A stretch of DNA of 64,000 nt, taken from an uncultured Actinomycetes bacterium (GTDB taxonomy: Bacteria; Actinomycetota; Acidimicrobiia; IMCC26256; PALSA-610). Where the stretch lies: NCBI GenBank assembly GCA_963740835.1, contig CAVUFH010000003.1:395515-459514 (forward strand), written 5' to 3'. The translations under genes were made by a program, and so were the position numbers. This document shows, in pieces, positions 27,814 to 38,374 of the stretch. Position 1 is the stretch's first letter; every line of letters begins with the position of its first letter. The notes beneath the pieces were generated by a model that saw only the letters and a program-made list of their open reading frames with translations, was not told the origin of the DNA and did not search any database.

Positions 27814-28700
27814 CCAGTGTCGAGATCGGCCGGAGCGAGACCACGCTCCGGCAGCTCGATCTCCTCGTCAACCGCAAACTCGACGGCCTGCTGAACGGCG
27901 ATTACCAGGGCTACGTGCGCGGACCGGGCAGCGAAGCCGGCGACGCCCGGCTCTACCAGCCCGGTGACGACGCGCGCCGGATCGACTGGAGCCTGACCGC
28001 GCGCACCCACGCCACCCACGTGCGCGACACGATCGCGGATCGCGAGCTCGAGACGTGGCTCGTCGTCGACGGCACCGCAAGCCTCGACTTCGGCACCGCA
28101 CGGTGCGAGAAGCGGGACCTCGCGCTCGCGGCCGCGGCCGCGTTCGGGTTCCTCACCGCGCGTGCCGGCAACCGGGTCGCCGCGGTGTGCTTCGACGGAG
28201 CCGGCACCGAAGTGCGGCCGCCCCGGAGTGGCCGGGACGCCGTGCTGGCGCTGTTGCACCACATCCAGCAACGCCCGCGGGCGAGCGAAGGCAACGGTTC
28301 GCTCGCCGATGCGCTGCAGCGAACGCAGCGCATCGCGCGGCGGCGCGGTCTCGTCGTGGTGGTCTCGGACCTGCTCGACGGGAGCGACTGGCCGCGCGAG
28401 CTGCGCACGCTCGCGACGCGCCACGAAGTCGTGGTCGGACAGATCTGCGATCCACGCGAGGCAGCGTTGCCGCCGGTCGGGTTGCTGACCGTCGTCGACC
28501 CCGAGACCGGCCGCCTGCAAGAAGTCCAGACCAACAGCCGCAAGCTGCGCGAGCGTTTCGCCGCCGCCGCGGCCGAACAACGTGACGGCATCGCGCGTGC
28601 AGTCCGCGCGAGCGGCGCCGGTCACCTCGTCCTGTCCACTGACCGCGACTGGCTCATCGATGTCGCGCGGTTCACCCTCGCGCGGAGGCGCAGACGATGA
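27810..28700 (+). CDS. DUF58 domain protein (MoxR-associated)
   Basis: It has a 4-nt overlap with moxR and reads YQPGDDARRIDW...RT, typical of DUF58. Confidence 0.85.
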   Translation: MTSVEIGRSETTLRQLDLLVNRKLDGLLNGDYQGYVRGPGSEAGDARLYQPGDDARRIDWSLTARTHATHVRDTIADRELETWLVVDGTASLDFGTARCEKRDLALAAAAAFGFLTARAGNRVAAVCFDGAGTEVRPPRSGRDAVLALLHHIQQRPRASEGNGSLADALQRTQRIARRRGLVVVVSDLLDGSDWPRELRTLATRHEVVVGQICDPREAALPPVGLLTVVDPETGRLQEVQTNSRKLRERFAAAAAEQRDGIARAVRASGAGHLVLSTDRDWLIDVARFTLARRRRR

Positions 28701-29665
28701 CATTCCTCGCTCCCAGCCGGTTGTGGCTGCTGCTCGTGGTCGCCGGGTTGGTGGTCGCGTACGTGGTCCTGCAGAAGCGCCGCCGTCAGTACGCGGCGCG
28801 CTTCACGAACGTCGATCTGCTCGCATCCGTCGCGCCGAAGCGGCCGGGCTGGCGCCGACACGTGGCCGCGGCCGCCGTCGGGTTGTCGCTCGTCGCGTTG
28901 ATCGTCGGCATCGCCCGCCCGGCGCGTGACGAGAAGGTCCCGAGCGACGAGGCGATCGTCATGCTCGTCGTCGACGTCTCCGCGTCGATGGAAGCGACCG
29001 ACGTGCAACCAAGCCGGCTGCAGGCCGCCGAGGATGCCGCGGCCGCCTTCGTCAAGGGCGTGCCGGCCAAGTTCCAGGTCGGTCTGATCGCGTTCGACGG
29101 GTCAAGTCGCGTGCTCTCGACACCGACGCGCAACCACGCCGAGGTCGTGTCCCAGATCCAGAACCTCGAGGTCGGACCGGGCACGGCCGCGGGTGACGCA
29201 CTCGACACCGCGCTCGACACCGTTGCGGCATCGCTCAAGACCGCCAAGGTCGACGCGGCCAAGCACAACGGCAAGGCACCCGCGGCGACGATCGTGCTCG
29301 TCTCCGACGGCGTAACGACCGTGGGCCAGCCAATCGAGGACGCGACGGCCAAGGCCGTGAAGCAGGGCGTGCCGGTGACGACCATCGCGTACGGCACCGC
29401 GTCGGGTCAGGTGACGGTGCAGGGCGAGATCGTCAACGTGCCGTCGGATCCCGACACGATGAGCCAGGTGGCGAAGGCCACCGGCGGTTCGTTCTTCACC
29501 GCCCAGTCGTCCGACCAGCTCAAGAACGTCTACAAGGACATCCAGGCCCGCGTCGGCTTCCACCTCGAGCAGCGCGAGATCCTGCGCTTCTTCATCGCCT
29601 TCGGCATCCTGTTGTTGCTGGCCGCGGTCATCGCATCGATGGTGTGGACCGGCCGATTCCTGTAA
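28697..29665 (+). CDS. VWA domain membrane protein (BatA-like)
   Basis: It has a 4-nt overlap with the DUF58 gene and N- and C-terminal TM helices. The VWA MIDAS-like segment reads VMLVVDVSASM. Confidence 0.85.
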   Translation: MTFLAPSRLWLLLVVAGLVVAYVVLQKRRRQYAARFTNVDLLASVAPKRPGWRRHVAAAAVGLSLVALIVGIARPARDEKVPSDEAIVMLVVDVSASMEATDVQPSRLQAAEDAAAAFVKGVPAKFQVGLIAFDGSSRVLSTPTRNHAEVVSQIQNLEVGPGTAAGDALDTALDTVAASLKTAKVDAAKHNGKAPAATIVLVSDGVTTVGQPIEDATAKAVKQGVPVTTIAYGTASGQVTVQGEIVNVPSDPDTMSQVAKATGGSFFTAQSSDQLKNVYKDIQARVGFHLEQREILRFFIAFGILLLLAAVIASMVWTGRFL

Positions 29666-29690
29666 CAATCAGCGCCCGTTTTCGTAGTCG

Positions 29691-30344
29691 TCAGTGCAGC
29701 GCGCCGAGCACGGGGGCGTAGAGATCCCGCTTCAAGGTGGCGGTGATCTCTCGCCCCTTGCCGGCGCGTGGCGCGGCCGCGGCGACGGCGGCGCCGATCA
29801 GCGCGTCCTCGGACGCGCTCGCGTGCGCGATCCCGGCCGCGACGGCTTCGTCGCCGGTGTAGCGCCGGCCGGACAGGATCGCCTCCGACGCGGTGAGATC
29901 GGACAGGCGCGACCGGAGCAAGGCAATCATGAACGGCGCGAACGGCAGCCCGAGATCGATCTCGGGCAGACACCACCAACCCCGATCGGCCCGCATGATG
30001 CGCTGATCGTGGGCGAGGGCGAACATCGCCGCGATCCCGAACGCGTGCCCGTTGACCGCGGCGACCGTCGGCATCGGGAACGTCAGCACCCTCGCCACCA
30101 GCCGCTGCGCGTCCCCGATGAAGATCGGGAGCTGCTCGCTGTCGAGCCGGCCGAGGTACTCGAGGTCGAAGCCGTTCGAGAAGTACTTGTCATGGCCGGT
30201 AACGACCAGCCCGGTCGCCTCCGCATCGGCTTCGACGCTGTCGAGCTCCGCGTTCACCGCGGCGAGGAACTCGCTGTCGACGAGGTTCTTGTCCGTGGCC
30301 AATCGCAGGACGACGATGCCGTCCCGCTCCTCGCGTTCGATCAC
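29691..30344 (-). CDS. Enoyl-CoA hydratase/isomerase-family (crotonase-fold) protein
   Basis: It reads GLVVTGHDKYFSNGFDL and AAVNGHAFGIAAMFA. The GTG start overlaps the upstream stop (GTGA at 30341-30344). Confidence 0.75.
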   Translation of the reverse strand: MIEREERDGIVVLRLATDKNLVDSEFLAAVNAELDSVEADAEATGLVVTGHDKYFSNGFDLEYLGRLDSEQLPIFIGDAQRLVARVLTFPMPTVAAVNGHAFGIAAMFALAHDQRIMRADRGWWCLPEIDLGLPFAPFMIALLRSRLSDLTASEAILSGRRYTGDEAVAAGIAHASASEDALIGAAVAAAAPRAGKGREITATLKRDLYAPVLGALH

Positions 30345-30967
30345 GCTTTGCTGCGCGCCGGCTTCTTCGTCGAGTTGGACATCGGCGCCGCGCCCGCGAG
30401 CTGTCGCAATTCGTCGACGCTCCGGCCGAGCGCATCGAGCTTCGCTTCGATGGTCTCCATGCGAGCGTCGGCCGCCGCTGCCGATCCGTTCGCCGACCCG
30501 TTCTGGCGCGCGCGCCCGGCTTCGGCCTTCAGCTGGTCGTAGCACGAGCGCAGCAAGCGCGCGGTGTCGCGCTCTTCTGCGATGTAGCGGCCGAGGAGTT
30601 CACCGGTGCGGATGTCGATCGTGTGATCCTTGAAGAAGCCGTCGAAGATGTCGGGCTCGGTGCCCGTATCGAGCCGGTCCAGACCGAGCGCCTCCATCTT
30701 CTCGAGGTCGCTGCAATCCGAGGCTGCGATCTCCAACGCGCGTGTGTGTCGATCGTCGTCCTTCTCCCGCACCTGGAAGCCGAGCTCGTCCAGGCGCTTC
30801 GCGAACGCCATACCGTGCTCACCTTCGCGGGCCGCGACGGTGCGCAGCACCGCGCACACGTCCGGGCTCGGCGTGACCGCGATCCACGCCCGGAGGTACT
30901 CATGCGCGCGCGACTCCGCGATCGCGATCGCGTTCAACAGGCCGAGGTAGCTGGGCTTATCGGGCAT
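30341..30967 (-). CDS. Ferritin-like superfamily protein with a C-terminal coiled-coil/basic tail
   Basis: A helical-bundle pattern reads AIAESRAHEYLRAW...AAREGEHGMAFAKRL. A GGAGGA SD precedes the ATG at 30967. Confidence 0.6.
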   Translation of the reverse strand: MPDKPSYLGLLNAIAIAESRAHEYLRAWIAVTPSPDVCAVLRTVAAREGEHGMAFAKRLDELGFQVREKDDDRHTRALEIAASDCSDLEKMEALGLDRLDTGTEPDIFDGFFKDHTIDIRTGELLGRYIAEERDTARLLRSCYDQLKAEAGRARQNGSANGSAAAADARMETIEAKLDALGRSVDELRQLAGAAPMSNSTKKPARSKA

Positions 30968-31037
30968 CGTCGGCTCCTCCGCGGTGCAGGGCAACGCCGC
31001 ACGATCGCACGTCTGCCCCGATCGGGCAATTGCTCGC

Positions 31038-32009
31038 TCAGGTCGCGGGCGGCAAGTCGAGCGCCGGGATCGTGCCCATACGCCCGGCCTGGAAGTCCTC
31101 GATCGCCTCGATGATCTCTTGACGCGTGTTCATGAGGAACGGGCCGTAGTGCGTGATCGGCTCACGGATCGGCTGACCGCCCAGCAACAGCACTTCGAGG
31201 TTCGGCGAGTCCTCCGGCTGCGTCGACGCCGCGCCGATCGTGAGCGAGTCGCCAGGACCGAACACGACCAACTGGTGCTCGTCGACCGGCCGCCGCTCGG
31301 CACCGACGTAACCGCGGCCGGTCAGGACGTACGCGAGCGCGCTGTACGACGGGTTCCACGGCGCGACGAGCTCCGCGCCCGGGTTCACGCTCGCGTGCGC
31401 GTACGTGATCGGCGTGTGCGTCGAACCCGGCCCGGCCACGCCCGCGAGATCACCCGCGATCAACCGGACGAGCGCACCGCCGTCCTCGGAAGTGAGCAGC
31501 TTCAACTGGTCGCCCGTGATCGCCTGGTAGCGCGGCGGCGTGAACTTCAGCGCCGCGGGCAGGTTCACCCACAGCTGCACGCCGTGCGACCGGCCACCGG
31601 AACGCAAGAACGACTCGGTGGGGACTTCGTCGTGCAGGATGCCCGCGCCGGCGGTCATCCACTGCGTGTCGCCCTCGCCGATGATCCCGCCCCCGCCATT
31701 CGAGTCGTGGTGCGCGATCACACCATCGATGACATAGGTGACGGTCTCGAACCCGCGGTGCGGGTGCCACGGCGCGCCGGTCGGCTCGTTCGGCGCGTAC
31801 TCGACCGGGCCGAGCTGGTCGAGGAGGAAGAACGGGTCAGCGATGTGCGCGTCGATACCGCCCGGGAACGGTCGCCAGACCTCGAAGCCGGCGCCTTCGA
31901 TCGCGTGGTGCGCGGGAACGACCTGGGCGACCGGACGTGGCCGCGTCGCAACGGAAGGCGCAGGGAGGCGGGGCAGGACGAGCGGGTTGTCGACGGTGAT
32001 CGCGGGCAT
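31038..32009 (-). CDS. Pirin-family protein
   Basis: It reads PWHPHRGFETVTYVIDG...QWMTAGAGILHDE...GVQLWVNLP. Confidence 0.9.
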   Translation of the reverse strand: MPAITVDNPLVLPRLPAPSVATRPRPVAQVVPAHHAIEGAGFEVWRPFPGGIDAHIADPFFLLDQLGPVEYAPNEPTGAPWHPHRGFETVTYVIDGVIAHHDSNGGGGIIGEGDTQWMTAGAGILHDEVPTESFLRSGGRSHGVQLWVNLPAALKFTPPRYQAITGDQLKLLTSEDGGALVRLIAGDLAGVAGPGSTHTPITYAHASVNPGAELVAPWNPSYSALAYVLTGRGYVGAERRPVDEHQLVVFGPGDSLTIGAASTQPEDSPNLEVLLLGGQPIREPITHYGPFLMNTRQEIIEAIEDFQAGRMGTIPALDLPPAT

Positions 32010-32082
32010 GAGCGCCTGAACGGCGTCGAGCGTCCGGCTATTCCGCGATCCGAGCATCCGACGACTCGACCAGACTGGCGCG

Positions 32083-32973
32083 ATGGCAGTGACGCGCGAT
32101 CTCACGATCGAGTGGTTCGGTTGCACGACGTTCCGCATCCAGGTGGCGGGGCTGACGCTCTGGTTCGACACGTTCGTCGATCGCGTCCCCGCGGCGGAAC
32201 CAGTCGGCCTCCACTCGGCCGACATCGACGATGCCGACTTCGTGTTCGTCAGCCACGCGCACTTCGACCACTTGCTCGGCGCGGACACGGTCGCCAAGAA
32301 CACCGGCGCGCCGATCATCGGATCGTTCGAGAGCATCCGCGTCATGCGCGACAACGATGTCGCGCCCGCGCAGCTGTGGCCGGTGTCGGGCGGCGAGCGG
32401 GTCGACTGCGGGCACGACGTCACCGTGCGCGTGTTCCCCTCGCTCCACTCGTGCTTGTTCGCGGGGGCCGAGCTCGACACCGGCACGCCGTGCCTCGGTG
32501 ACCTCGGGATGTCCTACCAGGAACGCCGGGAACGGGTCGACGCGCTGTGGGGGGCGATGCAGAGCGTCGTGCCGGCCGCGCACGCGCACGCGATCGAGCT
32601 GGGCTCGTCCCGCAACGACGGCGGGCAGCTCAACTACCTGCTCGAGACGCCGCGCGGCACGGTGTTCGTCGCCGCGAGCACCGGGTACTGGTCCGGGATC
32701 CTGCGCGACCTCCGCGCCGACGTCGCGGTGCTCGCGGTCACCGGGCGCCCCAACCTGGACGGCGAGCCGTTCCAGGGTTCACTGGCCGACTTCGTCGTCG
32801 CCGAGGTCGCGACGCTGCAACCGGAGGAGGTCGTGTTCTGCCATCACGATGCCTGGATGCCACCCCTCCCGGCCCTCGATCCGGCACCGGTCGCCGCCGC
32901 GATCGCGGCGCAGGCGCCCAACGCGACGGTGGTGGATCTCGGGTACGGGGACCCGGTGCGGCTGCGGCACTGA
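32083..32973 (+). CDS. MBL-fold metallo-hydrolase
   Basis: It has the FVFVSHAHFDHLLG motif. Confidence 0.8.
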   Translation: MAVTRDLTIEWFGCTTFRIQVAGLTLWFDTFVDRVPAAEPVGLHSADIDDADFVFVSHAHFDHLLGADTVAKNTGAPIIGSFESIRVMRDNDVAPAQLWPVSGGERVDCGHDVTVRVFPSLHSCLFAGAELDTGTPCLGDLGMSYQERRERVDALWGAMQSVVPAAHAHAIELGSSRNDGGQLNYLLETPRGTVFVAASTGYWSGILRDLRADVAVLAVTGRPNLDGEPFQGSLADFVVAEVATLQPEEVVFCHHDAWMPPLPALDPAPVAAAIAAQAPNATVVDLGYGDPVRLRH

Positions 32974-33028
32974 TTCACTGGTCACACCGGGCGCCCCCGC
33001 AGCACGCGTCCCACAAGAGGGGTCGGCG

Positions 33029-33850
33029 ATGACCGAACGTGCACTCGAAGAGGTCGAGATCTCCTCCAAGCCGGTCATCAACCGGGCGACCGAGGAGGTG
33101 CGCACCGAGCCGTGGGCTCGGCGCGTGCGCGGCATGCTCGGCCAGGAGACGATCGTCGACTCGAACCGCACGCTCCTGCAGTTCGAGGTGCAGCACCTGC
33201 CGGTTTGGTACTTCCCGCGCGAGGACGTGCGCGCGGACCTGCTCGTGCCCTCGGCGAAGCGCACGACGTGCCCATACAAGGGCACCGCGTCGTACTGGAA
33301 CCTCGTTGTCGGTGACCGCGTCGTGAAGGACGCGGCGTGGAGCTACGAGGACGCGGTCGCCGGACGTGAGGACATCAAGGACCGCTTTGCGTTCTACTGG
33401 AAGCGGCTCGACGCGTGGTTCGAAGAGGACGACGAGGTGTTCGTCCATCCGCGGGACCCGTACCACCGCGTCGACGTGCTCAACAGCTCGCGACACGTAC
33501 GGATCGAGCTCGACGGCGTGGAGCTCGCGAACACGACGCGCCCGCGCTTGCTGTTCGAGACGGGCTTGCCCGTTCGCTACTACATCCCGCGGGCGGACGT
33601 GAACGAGCGCGTGCTCGAGCGCGTGGACACGACATCGCAGTGCCCGTACAAGGGTGTGGCGAGCTACTTCGCGGCGCGACTCGGCGATCGAGTCGAGGCT
33701 GATATCGCGTGGATGTACGCGTTCCCGATCCCGGAGTGCCCGAAGGTCGAAGGGCTCGTTTCGTTCTTCAACGAGCACACCGACGTCTGGGTCGACGGTG
33801 AGCTCCAGGAACGGCCGGACACACCGTGGAGGCGATCGCGCACCGTATGA
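33029..33850 (+). CDS. Tandem DUF427 domain protein
   Basis: It has two repeats, each with the CPYKG(T/V)ASY(W/F) signature. Confidence 0.8.
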   Translation: MTERALEEVEISSKPVINRATEEVRTEPWARRVRGMLGQETIVDSNRTLLQFEVQHLPVWYFPREDVRADLLVPSAKRTTCPYKGTASYWNLVVGDRVVKDAAWSYEDAVAGREDIKDRFAFYWKRLDAWFEEDDEVFVHPRDPYHRVDVLNSSRHVRIELDGVELANTTRPRLLFETGLPVRYYIPRADVNERVLERVDTTSQCPYKGVASYFAARLGDRVEADIAWMYAFPIPECPKVEGLVSFFNEHTDVWVDGELQERPDTPWRRSRTV

Positions 33851-33880
33851 GGCGGGTGTGCGTGCGGGAACGAGCGACGG

Positions 33881-34828
33881 TCAACCCGTGAGCGTCTGGA
33901 GCGAGAGCGTCCCGTCGTAGGCGGCGAGAGGATCGGCGCGCACGGCTCGATCGAGCGCGAGCGCGTCGTCGCCGACGAGGATGCGCCAATCGTCGCGCCG
34001 CACGCCGTCGAGGATGATCCCGGCGGCCTGGGCCGCGGACACCGGCGCGTTGTCACGGAAGCCGTCGGCCATCATCTTCATGCCCATGCGGAGCTGGTCG
34101 TCGGTGACGTCGGCCACCGGCAGGCCCTGACGCTGCAGGTCGGCGCGCATCGCCGCGAGCTCCTCGGCGGACATGTGCTCGGGATCCGAGCCGCCGTGGA
34201 TGCGCCGGCTGTTCTCGACGATGTCGGTCCCGATGTGTCCGGGCATGACCACCGCGACCTTCACGTGCGGGGCGTTGATGCGGAAGTCGGTGAGCAGCGC
34301 CTCCGAGAAGCCTTTCACCGCGAACTTGGCGGTGCTGTAGGCAGTGTGGGGGATGCCGGGGCCGAGACAGGCCCAGAACCCGTTCACGCTGCTCGTGTTC
34401 ACCAGGTACGCGTCGTCGCTCGCGACGAGCAGCGGCACGAACGCGCGGCTGCAGTTGTAGACGCCGCCCCAGCAGACACCGAACACGCGGTCCCACTCCG
34501 TCCGGTCGCCGGTCACGAAGCTGCCTCCGCCGCCGATCCCTGCGTTGTTGAACAGGAGGTCGATGTGATCGGTGCCGCGCTGCGCGACGACTTCGTCGCG
34601 GAAGCGGAGCACCTGCGCCTCGTCCGACACGTCACAACTGTGCGCGGTGACGCGTGTGCCCGACGGTGCTTCCTTGCCCGCGCGTTCGAGCGTTTCGCGG
34701 AGGGTGTCGGCGTGCACGTCGCACGCGGCGACGTGACAACCGTCGGCCGCGAGCTGGATTACGAGCTCTCGGCCCATGCCGGTGCCGCCGCCGGTGACGA
34801 CGGCAAGACGTCCTGCGAACGATTCCAC
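33881..34828 (-). CDS. SDR-family oxidoreductase
   Basis: It reads AVVTGGGTGMGREL, NNAG and YSTAKFAVKG. The GTG start at 34828 follows AAGGGGG. The remaining upstream part of the 766-aa ORF is shadow. Confidence 0.85.
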   Translation of the reverse strand: MESFAGRLAVVTGGGTGMGRELVIQLAADGCHVAACDVHADTLRETLERAGKEAPSGTRVTAHSCDVSDEAQVLRFRDEVVAQRGTDHIDLLFNNAGIGGGGSFVTGDRTEWDRVFGVCWGGVYNCSRAFVPLLVASDDAYLVNTSSVNGFWACLGPGIPHTAYSTAKFAVKGFSEALLTDFRINAPHVKVAVVMPGHIGTDIVENSRRIHGGSDPEHMSAEELAAMRADLQRQGLPVADVTDDQLRMGMKMMADGFRDNAPVSAAQAAGIILDGVRRDDWRILVGDDALALDRAVRADPLAAYDGTLSLQTLTG

Positions 34829-34918
34829 GAAGGCCCCCTTGTGCGCGAACGCGGACCCTACCGCCGCGGCGCGACCGGCGGCGAGGCCGTGGCGTCGGCG
34901 TCGTAGTAGAACCGCGAC

Positions 34919-35926
34919 GTGTTCGTGCCGTTCCGGCCCATCGATGTCGGGCCACTCGTCGCCGGTGTCGGTGACCCGCAGCGCGTTGCACGCGCGATCG
35001 ATGATGCGTGTCGCGACACCGGGTTCTTCACCATCGTCGGCCACGGTGTCGACGCGGGACTCCGGCGCCGGCTCGACGCGTACGCACGCGACTTCTTCGC
35101 CCGCCCGGATACCGAGAAGGCCGAGATCGCGATGGCTCGGGGGGGTCGCGCCTGGCGGGGCTGGTTCCCGGTCGGCGGTGAACTGACCTCGGGACGGCCG
35201 GATCGGAAGGAAGGCGTCTACTTCGGTGCCGAGCTCCCCAGGGACGATGCGCGCGTTCGCGCCGGGCGGCCGCTGCACGGGCCGAACCTGTTCCCGCGCG
35301 CACCGGCCGGACTCCGGCAAGCCGTGCTCGACTACATGGACGCGTTGGCCGCGCTCGGCCAGACGGTCATGCGCGCCATAGCCCTCGGGCTCGGGCTCGA
35401 CCGCGATTGGTTCGCACGCGGGCTCACCGCCGAGCCCGTCACGTTGTTCCGCATCTTCCACTACCCACCATCCGCGTCGCCGGGCGACGCGGATTCCTGG
35501 GGAGTCGGTGAGCACACCGACTACGGGCTGCTCACGATCCTCATGCAGGACGGCACCGGCGGTCTGCAGGTGCGCACACCGCGGGGGTGGACCGACGTAC
35601 CACCCGATCCCGACGCGTTCGTGTGCAACGTCGGCGACATGCTCGAGCGGATCACGCGCGGCCGCTACGTCTCCACGCCCCACCGCGCCCGCAGCGGCGC
35701 GCGCGACCGGCTCTCGTTCCCGTTCTTCTTCGACCCCGGCTGGGACACCGACGTGCAGCCGATCCCGGGCGTCACAACCGACGACGTTGCCGACGCCGCG
35801 GGAAGCGGGGCGCGCCGTTGGGACAATGCGAGCGTCCACGACTTCACGGGCACATACGGTGAGTACCTCGTGACGAAGGTCAGCCGGGTGTTCCCCGCTC
35901 TCGGCGCCGGCGTACTGGAGCACTGA
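34919..35926 (+). CDS. 2-oxoglutarate/Fe(II)-dependent oxygenase (isopenicillin N synthase family)
   Basis: It reads GFFTIVGHGV, GVGEHTDYGLLTILMQD and RYVSTPHRA. Confidence 0.85.
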   Translation: MFVPFRPIDVGPLVAGVGDPQRVARAIDDACRDTGFFTIVGHGVDAGLRRRLDAYARDFFARPDTEKAEIAMARGGRAWRGWFPVGGELTSGRPDRKEGVYFGAELPRDDARVRAGRPLHGPNLFPRAPAGLRQAVLDYMDALAALGQTVMRAIALGLGLDRDWFARGLTAEPVTLFRIFHYPPSASPGDADSWGVGEHTDYGLLTILMQDGTGGLQVRTPRGWTDVPPDPDAFVCNVGDMLERITRGRYVSTPHRARSGARDRLSFPFFFDPGWDTDVQPIPGVTTDDVADAAGSGARRWDNASVHDFTGTYGEYLVTKVSRVFPALGAGVLEH

Positions 35927-37403
35927 ATGCCGGATCGCGATCCGCTTCCCATCAAGGTCGAGCCGGTCTCCAACGGCGAGTTCTTCCCACCACCCCTGAC
36001 GCCACTGCTGCAGGAGACGATCCGGCGCACGCACGCGCTCGCCGATGAGAACGCGCGCCGGCTCGGGATCTCGCGCCGCCAGTTCCTCGCGAGCGCGACC
36101 GGTGCCGCGACCATGTTGTTCGTCCTCGCGGCCTGCTCGAAGGAGGAGAAGGCGAGCAAGGGAACGCGACCGCGGCGGCACCTACACCGTTCCCGAGCCG
36201 GCAACCGTCGACCCCGGCGCCGCCGTCGATGCGCTCGGCGGCGACGAGTTCGTGTTCGACGTGCAGACGCACTACGTGAACTACGACCTCGCGGTCGAAG
36301 GGGGCGAGTGGACCTCGGTGTTCCCGTTCGCGTCGTGCGCAGAGGGCGCAGCTGCCGGCGACTCGAAGGTCTGCTTCACCGCCGACGCGTACTTCCGGGA
36401 GATGTACGTGCGCTCGGACACGTCGATGTCGATCCTCTCGGCGTTGCCGACACCGGGAGGGACCGGATTGTCCGCCGCGGACATGGCGTACGCGATCGAC
36501 GTCGCGACCAGGATCGGATGCCACGACCGCGTGCTGATGCACGGTGGCGCGTACCCGCACCGCGGGCCGATCGACGCCGCGCTCGCGGGCATGGACGAGC
36601 TCCGCGATCGCTACGACATCGTCGCGTGGAAGATCTACACGATGGTGCCGACGGCCGCGCACTTCTACTTCGACGACCACGATCCGAGCCGGCCCCAGAT
36701 CGGGCAACGGTTCATCGACCACGTACGCGAGATCGGCCCACCGATCATCTGCACGCACAAGGGCATCTCGTCGATCGTCGGCGCGACACCGGAGCTGGCG
36801 TCACCGGCCGACATCGGCCCGGCGGCGGCGCGCAACCCCGACATCTCGTTCGTCGTGTACCACTCCGGCTTCGAACCGGGCGCGGGCGGCGTCGGGCCCT
36901 ACGATCCGGCCGGTACCGCACCGCAAGGCGTGGACCGGCTCATCCGGTCGTTGCAGCAGGCCGGGCTACAACCGAACTCGAACGTGTACGCCGAACTCGG
37001 CGGCACCTGGTGGTACGTGATGCGCGATCCGACCGTGGCCGCGCACGTGCTCGGCAAGCTGCTGAAGTACGTCGGCGAGGACCGCGTCGTATGGGGCACT
37101 GATTCCATCTGGTTCGGGACCCCGCAGGACCAGATCCAGGCGCTCCGCACCTTCCAGATCTCGGAGCAATTGCAGGACCAACACGGGTATCCCGCGCTCA
37201 CGGACGCGGTGAAGGCGAAGATCTTCGGCCTCAACTCCGCGGCGCTCTATGGCATCGACCCGGTCAGTGGGAAGTGCGACGCAAACCCGCAAGAGGTTGA
37301 CGCGCTCCGAGCGAGTCTGCCCGCGGCGCGCGTGTACGGGCCGACGACCGCGCGCGAGGCCGCCGCGCTGATCGCCGCGCACCAAGCCGGCTATCTCCTC
37401 TGA
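35927..37403 (+). pseudogene. Amidohydrolase-family protein with a Tat/lipoprotein signal; reading frame disrupted near 36150-36175
   Basis: The ATG directly follows the upstream stop. The N-terminus has a twin-arginine SRRQFLASATGAATMLFVLAACS. The body continues in another frame (GGTYTVPEP...FDVQTHY...VVWGTDSIWFG). Confidence 0.75.
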
Positions 37404-37408
37404 CGCGA

Positions 37409-38374
37409 TCAGGGCTCGACGACGACCAGGTCCCCGGGCGCGATCTCGCCGCCTTCGATCACCCACGCGTACGCGCGGCTCCGTCCCGGGTGCAGGTTGT
37501 GGTCGATGCGCTTGAAGTCCCGATCGGAGAACCACTGCGCGTTCTTCGCACACGGCGTCGCGAACGCCGACACCTCGGCCCGCACCGTGCCGAGGTCGAC
37601 GCGTACGCCGGGCCGAATGGTCGCCCAGTCGATGCCCGAGACCGTCACGTTCTCGCCGGCGGCGCCCGGGTACACCGAGTGCCCTTCGGCGCGCAGCGCG
37701 TCGATGACCTCCCCTGACCACAGGCTCAAGGCCTGCAGCGGCTTGCCGTGGTGCTTGCGTTCGGCCTGCGTGTCACCGACCACGCCCCGCCGGTCGACGT
37801 CGACGCGCGGCTGCGGTTGCTTCGGCACGCCGCCGCCCGAGCGGTTGACCTGCACCACCGTGCCCTGCTGCGACGGCGCGCCCACGCCCAGCGCGTGCAG
37901 ACCGCGGCCGACGTCGCGGAGGTGATGCGTCGCGTCGTGCACCGCGTGACCGATCGCCCAGCGGACGTCGAGCACGTCGCCACCGACCGAGAACGACCGG
38001 GCCCATCCGTCGGCTCCCATGCGGTTCGCGGTGCCGTTCAGCTGCGCGACGCGCTTGTCGAGTTGGGTGATCGCCGCGGCCATCGAGTCCGCGACCGCAG
38101 GGTCACCCGCGTCCGGCGGCGCGCCGAAGTCCGGGCTTTCTTCCTCGAGCGCACGTGACACCGCGTAGCTCATCATCGCGGTCACATCGCGCGAGTGCGC
38201 CGCGTACTCGAGCGCCGACCACACACCTTCGGCCGGACGCGCCGCCAGGACGGACGCGTCGACGCCTTCGGTCGAGGTGCGCCAGATGGGTGCGAGCGCG
38301 CGCAGCGTACCGAGGAGGTCGTCGTGCGTATAGTCCGACGCGTCGAACCCGCAGGCGGCGCAGGTCTCGTTCAC
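37409..38374 (-). CDS. DinB-like (N-terminal) / MOSC (C-terminal) two-domain protein
   Basis: The N-terminus reads WSALEYAAHSRDV...GHAVHDATHH (DinB-type His triad pattern). The C-terminus reads LSLWSGEVIDAL...GENVTVSGIDW...ATPCAKNAQWF (MOSC). The GTG start overlaps the upstream stop. Confidence 0.75.
   Translation of the reverse strand: MNETCAACGFDASDYTHDDLLGTLRALAPIWRTSTEGVDASVLAARPAEGVWSALEYAAHSRDVTAMMSYAVSRALEEESPDFGAPPDAGDPAVADSMAAAITQLDKRVAQLNGTANRMGADGWARSFSVGGDVLDVRWAIGHAVHDATHHLRDVGRGLHALGVGAPSQQGTVVQVNRSGGGVPKQPQPRVDVDRRGVVGDTQAERKHHGKPLQALSLWSGEVIDALRAEGHSVYPGAAGENVTVSGIDWATIRPGVRVDLGTVRAEVSAFATPCAKNAQWFSDRDFKRIDHNLHPGRSRAYAWVIEGGEIAPGDLVVVEP

Noticed and set aside
26788-29665. MoxR-DUF58-VWA three-gene operon as a possible novel system
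   Set aside because: This is the well-known MoxR/Bat-type arrangement found widely in bacteria. Nothing unusual was seen in order, overlaps (4 nt each) or motifs.
34829-36181. Upstream two thirds of the 766-aa minus-strand ORF
   Set aside because: Only the last 315 aa form an SDR with its own SD and GTG start. The upstream part is antisense to the 2OG oxygenase and amidohydrolase genes.
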